The translations under genes were made by a program, and so were the position numbers. This document shows positions 1-9,250 of a stretch of DNA of 64,000 bases, in pieces; position 1 is the first letter of the stretch; the number at the start of each line of letters is the position of its first letter. This DNA is from Armatimonadota bacterium (GTDB lineage Bacteria > Armatimonadota > UBA10988). The stretch spans positions 111,732 to 175,731 of the forward strand of contig JACRKZ010000067.1 of the NCBI GenBank assembly GCA_016235455.1, read 5' to 3'. Under the pieces are notes generated by a model. The model did not search any database. It had not been told where the DNA came from and saw only the letters and a program-made list of their open reading frames with translations.

Positions 1-1170
1 CGCGGCCAGCCACTCCTCGCACTTGGCCAGAGCGGCCTCCGGCTCGCCAAGCCGGAGCAACCAGAGCGCCCAGTCGGCGTAGACTGGCGCCCAGCCCGGG
101 CGGATGGCCAGCGCCGCGGCGAACTTGCCGGTAGCGGCTTCCCAGTCACCGCGCATGGCCAGGCACAGGCCCCACAGATGCAGCGACGGGTAGAGGCGCG
201 GCTGGACAGCCAGCGCGGCCCGGAGCCGCTCTTCGGCGCGGACCAGGTCGCCATCGACCAGTGCCCTGCGCCCCAGGTGGTGGAGAGCGATGGCATCGCG
301 CGGGTCGGCCGCAAGCGCCTGCTCGAACCACCGCTCGGCCTCGCCCGGCGTGCCCTGTCGCACAGCGTGGAGGCCCCGCGACCGCAGCGCCACGCCGCAG
401 CTCGCGTCGGCTTCGAGCGACCTGCGCAGCGACTCCAGTCCAGCCGTCTCACGGCCGTCAGCCAGCAATGCGCTGCCGCGCCAGGCCCAGGCCTCCGCGT
501 CGCTTGGGTTGAGGGCGAGCGCGCGCTCATAGTGCTCGATGGCGCCTGCGAGGTCGCCCTGCGTTTGGTGCGTTGTGCCGACAACCACGAGTGTGCTCAC
601 GTCGTCCGGCACGATACCGAGGGCCGCATGGTACTTGGCCAAGGCGCCGTCAAGGTCCCCTGCGTCGAACAGCGCATGGCCCCAGCAGAGCAGCGCGGAC
701 CAGTGCCCTGGATCAGCCGCCAAGGCCGCTCGGCACTTGGCGATGGCGCCTTCGGCATCACCCAGGCGCTGTAGAGCCGAGCCCCATTCGCAGAGGGCGC
801 GAGCATCGCCCGGGTCGCGAGCCACGAGTTCCGACAGGATGGGCACGGCAAGCTCCGGCTCGCGCGCTGCGGTGTGCTGCACGGCGATGCTCAGCAGCAC
901 TTCGGGGGCGGCCTGGCCGTCATGCTCTTCACCCCACGCCGCCGCCTCGCGTAGCAGTGCCATCACCTCGGCGCGCCGGCCCACGCCGGCCTCGGCGGCG
1001 ATCAACTTGGCCTCGTACAGCCGCTCGAAATCCACGTCCCCGTTCGCCGAAGCCCAGTCAGTCAACTGCCGGAGCCGCCGAGTCCACGCCTGCGGGTCGT
1101 TGCGCCAGCGGGGTTCGGCTTCGAGATAGGCATCTCTGTAGCGGGCCAGCCGTGCGGCTCGGTCAGTCAT
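1..1170 (-). CDS. tetratricopeptide repeat protein (3' end runs off window)
   Basis: Absent from the ORF track because it has no stop in the window. Manual translation from ATG 1170 (SD GGGGAGG) gives MTDRAARLARYRDAYLEAEP... followed by TPR units such as ALCEWGSALQRLGDAEGAIAKCRAALAADP and AIEHYERALALNPSDAEAWAWRG. Confidence 0.8.
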   Translation of the reverse strand, partial: MTDRAARLARYRDAYLEAEPRWRNDPQAWTRRLRQLTDWASANGDVDFERLYEAKLIAAEAGVGRRAEVMALLREAAAWGEEHDGQAAPEVLLSIAVQHTAAREPELAVPILSELVARDPGDARALCEWGSALQRLGDAEGAIAKCRAALAADPGHWSALLCWGHALFDAGDLDGALAKYHAALGIVPDDVSTLVVVGTTHQTQGDLAGAIEHYERALALNPSDAEAWAWRGSALLADGRETAGLESLRRSLEADASCGVALRSRGLHAVRQGTPGEAERWFEQALAADPRDAIALHHLGRRALVDGDLVRAEERLRAALAVQPRLYPSLHLWGLCLAMRGDWEAATGKFAAALAIRPGWAPVYADWALWLLRLGEPEAALAKCEEWLAA

Positions 1171-1447
1171 CAGCCTCCCCCAGGTTCGATGATCAGGGGA
1201 TACGCGACCACGGTGATATGGCCTTCATATTGCTCCCCTCCCACCCAACCCAAGCCACCTGGCGCAGGCCCTCTGCCCGCGCGAGCTCGGACCGGGCACT
1301 CCGGCCGCCTGCCTCGCGCCGTTGTTTCCTATGGCGATACAGGGAACTTATCTGTGTACTTATAGGAAATTGCCTGAGGCCGATTCTGCCACCGCCCACG
1401 CCAGATGCTGATGTGTCGATGCGCTTGCAGGAACAGCAGAAGTGCAC

Positions 1448-1501
1448 TTGACAACCATAGTCGGTGTGGCGCATAACAGTCACCATGTGATATCTGATCA
1501 C
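1448..1501 (+). promoter_or_regulatory. putative sigma70 promoter and downstream palindrome for the prepilin-like gene
   Basis: TTGACA at 1448-1453, CATAAC 18 nt later, and GTGAT-N5-ATCAC at 1487-1501 just before SD AGGAG. Confidence 0.45.
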
Positions 1502-1516
1502 GATAGGAGACGCATC

Positions 1517-2206
1517 ATGAGTCGCAGACGAGCATTCACCCTCATCGAGCTGCTGGTGGTGATCGCGATCATCGCCATTCTGGCGGCCATCCTCTTCCCC
1601 GTCTTCGCCAAGGCTCGCGAGAAGGCGAGGACCTCCAGTTGCGCCAGCAACGAGAAGCAACTGGTGCTGGGCCTCATTCAGTACAGCCAGGACTACGACG
1701 AGAAGTGGCCCGGCCGCGCCATCAACACCGAGGACTACCAGTGGCGCGTGCTGGTTCAGCCGTACCTGAAGAGCTCCCAGGTCTTCGTCTGCCCGTCCAA
1801 CACCGCCAACGAGTGGGGCACGGGTGGCAACCAGGGCAACACGTACCGTCGCTCCTATGCCTGCAACGGCCATGACGCCTTCAACACGCCCATGCGCTGG
1901 AACAATGGACAGGCACTGGCGGCGCTGGTGGCGCCTTCCCAGACCATCCTGGTCTGCGAGAGCCGCGAGTGGTGGACGGAGATGAACCTGGACTATGTCG
2001 GCGCGAACTGGACCGGCCGCGGCCCGTCGCTGTTCTCCAGCCACATGTCCATGGGTAACTACGGCTTCTGCGATGGTCACGTCAAGGCCATGAAGGCCAG
2101 CCAGACTGCCACCACCACGATCTTCATGTGGGACCAGAACCCGCAGCAGGCCGCTCCGGCCAACATCATCGCCAACATGCAGTCGGTGGACCAGCAGTCG
2201 CAGTAG
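1517..2206 (+). CDS. prepilin-type N-terminal cleavage/methylation, DUF1559 and H-X9-DG protein
   Basis: [38 protein letters not shown]; QYSQDYDE; FVCPS; C-terminal H...[17 protein letters not shown] precedes ATG 1517. Confidence 0.9.
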   Translation: MSRRRAFTLIELLVVIAIIAILAAILFPVFAKAREKARTSSCASNEKQLVLGLIQYSQDYDEKWPGRAINTEDYQWRVLVQPYLKSSQVFVCPSNTANEWGTGGNQGNTYRRSYACNGHDAFNTPMRWNNGQALAALVAPSQTILVCESREWWTEMNLDYVGANWTGRGPSLFSSHMSMGNYGFCDGHVKAMKASQTATTTIFMWDQNPQQAAPANIIANMQSVDQQSQ

Positions 2207-2235
2207 CGCTGACCCAGCTACCGGCAAGGTCCGTT

Positions 2236-2268
2236 GCGCGGCCCCGCATCGATGATGCGGGGCCGCGC
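2236..2268 (+). terminator. GC-rich hairpin, probable terminator
   Basis: 15-bp perfect stem GCGCGGCCCCGCATC / GATGCGGGGCCGCGC after the stop, with a weak U tail (ATTTCT). Confidence 0.6.
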
Positions 2269-2336
2269 GCATTTCTGGCCGCCGCCGCCGCCGCACCCAC
2301 TCCCCATCTCCACCAATCCACGCTAAACTGCCACGC

Positions 2337-5174
2337 ATGTCGCACCCGAGTAACCTGGAACCAGCCCTCCGCGCGCGCGTGCGCGGCGAGGTCGCCTTCG
2401 ACCGCCTGACCCGCGGCATCTACGCCACCGACGCCAGCCTCTACCAGATCGAGCCCATAGGTGTCGTGACACCGGCGGATGAGGCCGACCTGGTGGCCAC
2501 CGTGGCCTGCGCCGCCGAACATGGCATACCCATCCTGCCGCGCGCGGGCGGCACCAGCCTCGGCGGGTCGGCGGTCGGCGCCGCGCTGGTCATCGACGTC
2601 AGCCGGCACATGAACCAGTTGCTGGAAGTCAACGTCGCCGAGCGCTGGGCGCGCGTACAGCCGGGGCTGGTGCGCGACAACCTCAATGCGCTGCTCAAGC
2701 CGACGGGGCTGATGTACGCGCCCGACCCCGCCACGGGCAACCGCGCCTGTGTCGGCGGGATGATCGGCAACAACTCCTCGGGCATGAGGAGCATCGTCCA
2801 CGGCAAGACCGTCGACCATCTGCTGGCGGTCAAGGTGGTGCTGCCCGACGGACGCGTGACCTGGCTGGGCGAGCCCGAGCTGGACGACGAGGTCGCCGCC
2901 GAGTTGCGCGCGCGGGTCATGGCCATCGTCGACGCCCAACGCGACGAGATCGCGGCCAGATACCCCAAGATCATGCGCCGCGTGCAGGGCTACAACCTCG
3001 ACGAGCTGTGCGGCGACGCGCCCAACCTGGCCAAGCTCATCTGCGGCAGCGAGGGCACGCTGGCCACCATCATCGAGGCCAAGGTCAACCTCGTGCCGCA
3101 GCCCCGTGCCGTGGCGCTGCTCGTGGCGCATTTCGACGACCTGCTGACCAGCTTGCGCGCCACCCAGGAGGTGCTCGGGCTCGGACCGTCCGCCGTGGAG
3201 ATCATCGACGACACCGTGCTCGGCCTGGCCCAAAGCAGCGCCACCACCGCCGCGCTGTGTGACTGGATCCAGGGTCAGCCGCGCGCTATCCTGGCCATCG
3301 AGTTCTGCGGCGACGACGCGGCCGAGACCGTCGCGCGCGCGCAGGCCTGTGGCCAAAGCCTTCTGCAAGAAGGCTCAGCCTATGCCGTGACACAGATGCC
3401 CACCGCGGCGCAGCAGGCCCGGCTGTGGGCCGTGCGCAAGGCCGGGCTCGGCGTGATGATGCGCATTCGCGGCGACCGCAAGCCGATCCCGTTCATCGAG
3501 GACGGCGCGGTGCCCATCGCGGTGCTGCCCGAGTACATCGCCGGCGCGCTGGCCATCTGCGCGCGTCACGAGACGCAGGTCACACTGTATGCCCATTGCA
3601 GCGTCGGGCTCATCCATCTGCGGCCCATCCTGTCCATGAAGGACGCGGCCGACATCGCCCGCATGAAGGCCATCGCCGACGAGACCTTCGAGCTCATCCG
3701 GAGCTTGGGCGGCTCGATCAGCGGCGAGCATGGCGATGGGCTGGCGCGCAGCAGCTACCTGGAGTGGTTCTTCGGGCCGACGCTCTACCAGGCGTTCCGC
3801 GAGGTGAAGGCGGTCTTCGACCCGCGCGGGCTGATGAACCCCGGCAAGATCGTCGATGGCCCGCCCATCGACCAGAACCTGCGCTACGGGCCGGACTACC
3901 GTAGCGCCGAGCCGGTCGGGCACTACGACTACAGCGTCACCGACGGCCTGCACCGCGCCGTGGAGACCTGCAACGGCGTCGGCGCCTGCCGCCAACTGCT
4001 GGCCGGCACCATGTGCCCCACCTACCGCGCCACGCGCGACGAGTCGCTGAGCACCCGCGCCCGCGCCAACGCGCTGCGGCTGGGTCTCAACGGCACGTTC
4101 GACGGCATTGGCGACCCGGCGCTGGCGCCGGTGCTCGATACCTGCCTGGCCTGCAAGGCCTGCAAGACTGAGTGCCCCAGCAACGTCGACATGGCCCGCC
4201 TGCGCTCGGAGGCGCTGGCCGCGCGCCACGCCCAGCACGGCACGCCGCCGCGCGAGCACCTGGTGGTGGCCTCGCCGCGGCTGGCGCGACTGCTCAGCGG
4301 GCCGTTGGCGCCCATCGCCAACGCCGTCGCGGCCAGCCGGCCCGTGCGCTGGCTCAACGACAAGCTACTCGGCCTCGACGCCCGCCGCGTGCCGCCGGCC
4401 TATGCGCGCGTGCCGTTCGAGCGCTGGTTCGCCGCGCACCGCGCGCCCGATGGCGAACGACCGGAAGTGGTTCTGTTCGACGATACCTGGCTGCGATACC
4501 ACGACACGGCCGTGGGCATCGGCGCGGTAGAGCTGCTGGAGAGCTGCGGCTACCGCGTGACCGTGGCCCGCGCCGGCTGTTGCCAGCGGCCGGCCATCAG
4601 CCATGGCAGCCTGGACACCGCGCGGCGCGAGGGCGAGAAGACGCTGCGCCGGCTTGACCGCTGGCTGCAGACGGGCGTGCCCGTCGTCTGCTGCGAGCCG
4701 AGTTGCGCCAGCGCCCTGACCGACGACCTGCCCAGCCTGATCGCCGACAAGGCTCTCGGTGCGCGCGCGACGGCCGGCATCGCGATGATCGACGTGTTCC
4801 TGGCCAACGAACTGCAGTCGGGTCGGCTGGCGGCCACCTTCCGCTCCACCGCGCACCGCGTGCTACTGCACGGCCACTGCCATCAGAAGGCGCTGTTCGG
4901 CACCCAGTCGATGACACGCATCCTCGCCCTGGTGCCCGGCCTGCGGGTGGACGAGGCCGACTGCGGGTGCTGCGGCATGGCCGGCTCGTTTGGCTATGAG
5001 CGCGAACATTACGAGCTGTCGATGCAGGTGGCCGAAGACCGGCTGCTGCCGGCGGTGCGCGCCGCGGGCGCCGATACGACGGTCGTGGCCTGCGGCTTCT
5101 CCTGCCGCCACCAGATCCTCGACGGCACGGGCGTGCGCGCGCGGCACTGGGTGGAGGTGGTGCGAGGAGGATGA
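2337..5174 (+). CDS. FAD-binding / Fe-S oxidoreductase (YdiJ-like GlcD-GlcF fusion, 2-hydroxyacid dehydrogenase family)
   Basis: PRAGGTSLGG, GGMIGNNSSG, GSEGTL, SGEHGDG, CNGVGAC, CLACKACKTECPSNVD, and CCG-domain motifs HGHCHQK and CCGMAGSFG. Confidence 0.9.
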   Translation: MSHPSNLEPALRARVRGEVAFDRLTRGIYATDASLYQIEPIGVVTPADEADLVATVACAAEHGIPILPRAGGTSLGGSAVGAALVIDVSRHMNQLLEVNVAERWARVQPGLVRDNLNALLKPTGLMYAPDPATGNRACVGGMIGNNSSGMRSIVHGKTVDHLLAVKVVLPDGRVTWLGEPELDDEVAAELRARVMAIVDAQRDEIAARYPKIMRRVQGYNLDELCGDAPNLAKLICGSEGTLATIIEAKVNLVPQPRAVALLVAHFDDLLTSLRATQEVLGLGPSAVEIIDDTVLGLAQSSATTAALCDWIQGQPRAILAIEFCGDDAAETVARAQACGQSLLQEGSAYAVTQMPTAAQQARLWAVRKAGLGVMMRIRGDRKPIPFIEDGAVPIAVLPEYIAGALAICARHETQVTLYAHCSVGLIHLRPILSMKDAADIARMKAIADETFELIRSLGGSISGEHGDGLARSSYLEWFFGPTLYQAFREVKAVFDPRGLMNPGKIVDGPPIDQNLRYGPDYRSAEPVGHYDYSVTDGLHRAVETCNGVGACRQLLAGTMCPTYRATRDESLSTRARANALRLGLNGTFDGIGDPALAPVLDTCLACKACKTECPSNVDMARLRSEALAARHAQHGTPPREHLVVASPRLARLLSGPLAPIANAVAASRPVRWLNDKLLGLDARRVPPAYARVPFERWFAAHRAPDGERPEVVLFDDTWLRYHDTAVGIGAVELLESCGYRVTVARAGCCQRPAISHGSLDTARREGEKTLRRLDRWLQTGVPVVCCEPSCASALTDDLPSLIADKALGARATAGIAMIDVFLANELQSGRLAATFRSTAHRVLLHGHCHQKALFGTQSMTRILALVPGLRVDEADCGCCGMAGSFGYEREHYELSMQVAEDRLLPAVRAAGADTTVVACGFSCRHQILDGTGVRARHWVEVVRGG

Positions 5175-5180
5175 ACGTCA

Positions 5181-5234
5181 ACGGCTGGCACCGACAGCCC
5201 CGACCCTCGGGTCAGCGCCGGCGGTGCCAGCCGT
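5181..5234. terminator. inverted repeat between convergent genes
   Basis: 13-bp perfect arms ACGGCTGGCACCG (5181-5193) / CGGTGCCAGCCGT (5222-5234). Confidence 0.5.
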
Positions 5235-5250
5235 GGCGGGCAGGGGCAGC

Positions 5251-5874
<624 letters not shown>

Positions 5875-5927
5875 GGTTACGATCTCCTCGCGCGACGATG
5901 GTACGGATACCCCATCACGCGAGGAGC

Positions 5928-5957
5928 ATTATGCCACATTTGAGATCGATCTCACAA
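5928..5957 (-). promoter_or_regulatory. putative extended -10 promoter with an overlapping 14-bp palindrome
   Basis: Minus strand reads TTGTGA..N18..CATAAT with an upstream TG. The perfect palindrome TGAGATCGATCTCA lies at 5941-5954. Confidence 0.5.
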
Positions 5958-5963
5958 CCACCG

Positions 5964-6875
5964 TCAGCGCTCGAAGCTGGTCAGCTGCCAGAACTGCTCG
6001 AAGCGCAGGTCCACTTCCTCTTCGGTCAAGCTGCGCAGGCGATCGAGGCTGAAGTCTTCAGCGTTGTAGCTGGCCACGGTGCTGCCGTAGATGACCGCGC
6101 GGCGCAGAGCGGAGTCGCTGACGTCGTCGGCGCCGGCCAGATAGCCCATGAAGCCGCCCGCGAAGCAGTCGCCGCAGCCGGGCGGGTCGGTGACGGTCTC
6201 CAGCGGGAAGCCGGGCGCGGCGAACAGGCCGTCGGCGGTGAACATCAGCGCGCCGTGCTCGCCCTTCTTGACGATGGCCACGCTCGGGCCCATGGTCAGC
6301 AGCTTGCGGCCGGCGGCCACGAGGTTGTGCTCGCCAGTCAACATGCGCACTTCCTCGTCGTTGAGGAAGATGGCGTTGACCTTGGCCACCACCTGCCGGA
6401 GCAGGTCGGGTGTGATGTCGATCCACAGGTTCATCGTGTCCAGGCCGATGAACTTGGCGCCGCTGGCCTGACCGAGCACGTCGAGCTGCAGCGCCGGATG
6501 GATGTTGGCCAGGAACAGGTAGGGCGTGTCGCGGTAGTTCGGCGGCAGCTTGGGCTGGAAGCTCTCGAACACGTTGAGGTGCGTGAACAGTGTCTCCCGG
6601 CTGTTCATGTCGGCCGAGTAGACCCCACCCCACCAGAACGTCTGGCCGCCCTCGATGATCTCGATGCCGGCGGTGTCGATGCCGTGGCTGCGCATGAACT
6701 CGAGGTGCGCCGGGTCGAAGTCGTCACCGACCACACCCACCGCCTGCACAACGGTGAAGAACGACGCGGCGATGCCCGCGTACGTTGCCGCGCCACCCAG
6801 CGCCCGGTCGACCTTGCCATGAGGCGTCTCGACACTATCCAGCGCCACTGATCCAACCATCAACACATTCGCCAT
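5964..6875 (-). CDS. PfkB-family carbohydrate/nucleoside kinase
   Basis: VGSVALDSVETP, LGGAATY, KKGEHGA, DPPGCGDCFAGGF (PfkB signature 2). Confidence 0.9.
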   Translation of the reverse strand: MANVLMVGSVALDSVETPHGKVDRALGGAATYAGIAASFFTVVQAVGVVGDDFDPAHLEFMRSHGIDTAGIEIIEGGQTFWWGGVYSADMNSRETLFTHLNVFESFQPKLPPNYRDTPYLFLANIHPALQLDVLGQASGAKFIGLDTMNLWIDITPDLLRQVVAKVNAIFLNDEEVRMLTGEHNLVAAGRKLLTMGPSVAIVKKGEHGALMFTADGLFAAPGFPLETVTDPPGCGDCFAGGFMGYLAGADDVSDSALRRAVIYGSTVASYNAEDFSLDRLRSLTEEEVDLRFEQFWQLTSFER

Positions 6876-6898
6876 CAGGGTTGCCTCGCAATCAGGAT

Positions 6899-6974
6899 CA
6901 TCCGCAGATATCGCAGATGAGCGCAGATGAGCGACAGATCAGGCATCTGCGTTCATCTGCGTCATCTGCGGATG
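6899..6974. repeat. palindromic element built from CGCAGAT heptamers
   Basis: Three CGCAGAT units on the left arm and three ATCTGCG units on the right form ~31-bp imperfect inverted arms. Confidence 0.85.
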
Positions 6975-6983
6975 TTGTTGGCC

Positions 6984-9128
6984 CTAAGCCCGCAGCACAG
7001 CAGAGCAGGCCGTTTGTGCGTGCTCGACGATGCGGGCCATGGCCGCGTCCACTTCGACGTCGGTCAGGGTACGGTCGGGCAGCCGGAAGGTCAAGCCGTA
7101 GGCCAGGCTGCGCTGACCTTCGGGCAGGCCCTTGCCGCGGTAGACATCGAACAGCTTGAGCTCGGCCAGGTTGTCGGCCACCTCGCGGATGGCTGCTTCC
7201 ACCGCCGCCTGCGGCACCTCGTCGGGCACCACCAGGGCGATATCGCGCAGCGCGGCGGGATAGCGGGGCAGCGGACGATAGGCGCGGCTCAGGTCCGACG
7301 CGGCGATCATCCGGCCCAGGTTGGCCTCGAACAGCACCACCGGCCGGCGGATGTCGTAGGCGTCCAGAATGCCGTCGGCCACCTCGCCGAACACGGCGAT
7401 GGTCTCGCCCGCCAGCTTGAGCTGGCCGCTGCGGCCCGGCTCGAACACCGGATCGTCGCACGGTTCCGCGGTCACGCCAGCCAAGCGCAGTTCGCCGCAC
7501 AGCAGATCGAGCAGGCCCTTGACCTCGGTGATGTCGGCGCCGAGCTGCTCAGCGGGCATGTTCCAGGCGCTCGAATACAGGCGGCCCGTGACCGCGCCGG
7601 CCAGGGTCCGCTCCTCGGTGCAGGGCACCGGCAGGCTGGCCGCCGTGTGTCCCGTGGCGATGCGGCCGGCCTCTGCGGCGGTCTGGTCGGTCACGCGCGG
7701 GTCCAGCCCGGCGTAGGTTCGGCCGACCTCGAAGATGCGCACTTCGCCGCCGTGAGCGGTCATATTGCGACCGACCACCTCCAGCATCGACGGCAGCATC
7801 GACCAGCGCATGACCGAGAAGTCGGTGGACAGCGCGTTCTCCAGGGTCACCGCGCCGATGGCGGCTGGATCCTGGTTGTAGCCAGCGCGGGCCATGGCCT
7901 GCGGGCTGGTCAGGCTGAAGGTCCAGACCTCGTTGAGCCCAGCGGCCAGGCACAGGTCGCGTATGCGGCGCTCGGCCTTCTGCGCGCGGCTCAGCCGGCC
8001 GGTGCGCTGCGCCGCCGGCGGCAGCGTCATGGGCACGTTGTTGTAGCCATGCAGCCGCGCCACCTCCTCGATCAGGTCCACCTCGCGCGTCACGTCGGGC
8101 CGGTAGGTGGGCACCTCGACCGCCAACAGCCCGTCGATGATGGTCACCTCCATGCCCAGCGCGCGCAGGTAGCCAGCCATCTCGTCGCAGGTCAGCGCCA
8201 GACCCAGGAACGTGTTGCAGCGCGCCGGGCGCAACGTGATGGTGGCCGGCTCGATGGGCCGCACCAGCGCATCCACCACCCCGGTGACCACGGTGCCGCC
8301 GGCGCACTGGGCCAGCAACTGCGCGCAGCGGTCGGCGGCGCGGATGGTTCCGCCAGGGTCGACCACGCGGGCGAAGCGGTACGAGCTTTCGCTCTCCAGC
8401 CCCAGATTGCGTGCCGTGCGGCGGATGTTGGGCGCGGTGAAGTGAGCCGCCTCGATAAGCACGTTGCGCGTGGTGCTCGACACGGCAGTCGAAGCACCGC
8501 CCATCACGCCGGCCAGCGCCACGCCGTTGGCGCCGTCGGTGATCAGCAGGTTGCCGGGCGTGAGCTTGCGGTCCACGCCGTCGAGCGTACTCAGGATCTC
8601 GCCCTCGCGTGCGCGGCGCACGCCGATGTTCGGTCCCAGCAGGTCGTAGTCGAAGGCATGCAGCGGCTGACCCAGCTCGAACATGACGTAGTTGGTCACG
8701 TCGACGAGAATGTCGATGGGCCGCTGCCCGCAGGCCAGCAGCTTGTCCTGCATCCACTGCGGCGAGGGGCCCGGCGTCACGCCCAGCACCAGCCGCGCCG
8801 AGTAGCGCGCGCACAGGTCCTCGGCCTCGATGCCCACGCGCACCCGCCCGTCGATGCGCTCGTCGGCGCTCTCGGGGACGGTCAGGTCGGGCATGACCAG
8901 CTCCGCGCCGGTCCGCGCCGCGACCTCGCGCGCCATGCCCAGGATGGACAGGCAGTCGCCGCGGTTCGGCGTCACTTCGGCCACGAGGACCTTGCCGCCC
9001 AGACCGCCGGGCGCGTCCTCGATCTCCTCAATCTCAATACCCAGGTCCGTGAGCATCTCGGCCAGCTGGTCAGCATCCAGCTCCGTGCGCACGTACTCTG
9101 AGAGCCACGCCATCGGAATCCGCATCAT
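6984..9128 (-). CDS. pheT: phenylalanine--tRNA ligase beta subunit (lacks B2 OB-fold)
   Basis: TPNRGDCLS, VDVTNYVMFELGQPLHAFD, EVDLIEEVARLHGY, C-terminal FDX-ACB domain (RDIALVV..LFDVYRG..RSLAYGLTFR); follows pheS. Confidence 0.97.
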   Translation of the reverse strand: MMRIPMAWLSEYVRTELDADQLAEMLTDLGIEIEEIEDAPGGLGGKVLVAEVTPNRGDCLSILGMAREVAARTGAELVMPDLTVPESADERIDGRVRVGIEAEDLCARYSARLVLGVTPGPSPQWMQDKLLACGQRPIDILVDVTNYVMFELGQPLHAFDYDLLGPNIGVRRAREGEILSTLDGVDRKLTPGNLLITDGANGVALAGVMGGASTAVSSTTRNVLIEAAHFTAPNIRRTARNLGLESESSYRFARVVDPGGTIRAADRCAQLLAQCAGGTVVTGVVDALVRPIEPATITLRPARCNTFLGLALTCDEMAGYLRALGMEVTIIDGLLAVEVPTYRPDVTREVDLIEEVARLHGYNNVPMTLPPAAQRTGRLSRAQKAERRIRDLCLAAGLNEVWTFSLTSPQAMARAGYNQDPAAIGAVTLENALSTDFSVMRWSMLPSMLEVVGRNMTAHGGEVRIFEVGRTYAGLDPRVTDQTAAEAGRIATGHTAASLPVPCTEERTLAGAVTGRLYSSAWNMPAEQLGADITEVKGLLDLLCGELRLAGVTAEPCDDPVFEPGRSGQLKLAGETIAVFGEVADGILDAYDIRRPVVLFEANLGRMIAASDLSRAYRPLPRYPAALRDIALVVPDEVPQAAVEAAIREVADNLAELKLFDVYRGKGLPEGQRSLAYGLTFRLPDRTLTDVEVDAAMARIVEHAQTACSAVLRA

Positions 9129-9154
9129 GGTTCCGTACTCCAGACTGCTTGTTG

Positions 9155-9240
9155 ATCCACAGATGACACCGATAACCTGGGTCGCCACCATCAGAACCGG
9201 TCAGCCGGCCCAATCTGTGTCATGTGTGCAATCTGTGGAT
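9155..9240. repeat. second palindromic element of the same type (CACAGAT variant)
   Basis: ATCCACAGAT-GACACCGAT ... ATCTGTGTC-ATGTGTGCA-ATCTGTGGAT, located between pheS and pheT. Confidence 0.75.
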
Positions 9241-9250
9241 GAGAACTGCC

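Noticed and set aside
178-1451. Long plus-strand ORFs at 178-774, 539-1129 and 573-1451
   Set aside because: Shadow ORFs of the minus-strand TPR gene; Arg/Pro/Ala-rich with no motifs.
6899-6974. Possible CRISPR or mini-array
   Set aside because: Units are 7-9 nt with no spacers and are arranged as an inverted repeat; no cas genes in the window.
6927-9101. 724-aa antisense ORF over pheT, and similar ones over thrS, hypF, htrA and the 61-64 kb gene
   Set aside because: Expected antisense open frames caused by high-GC codon bias; no independent coding signal.
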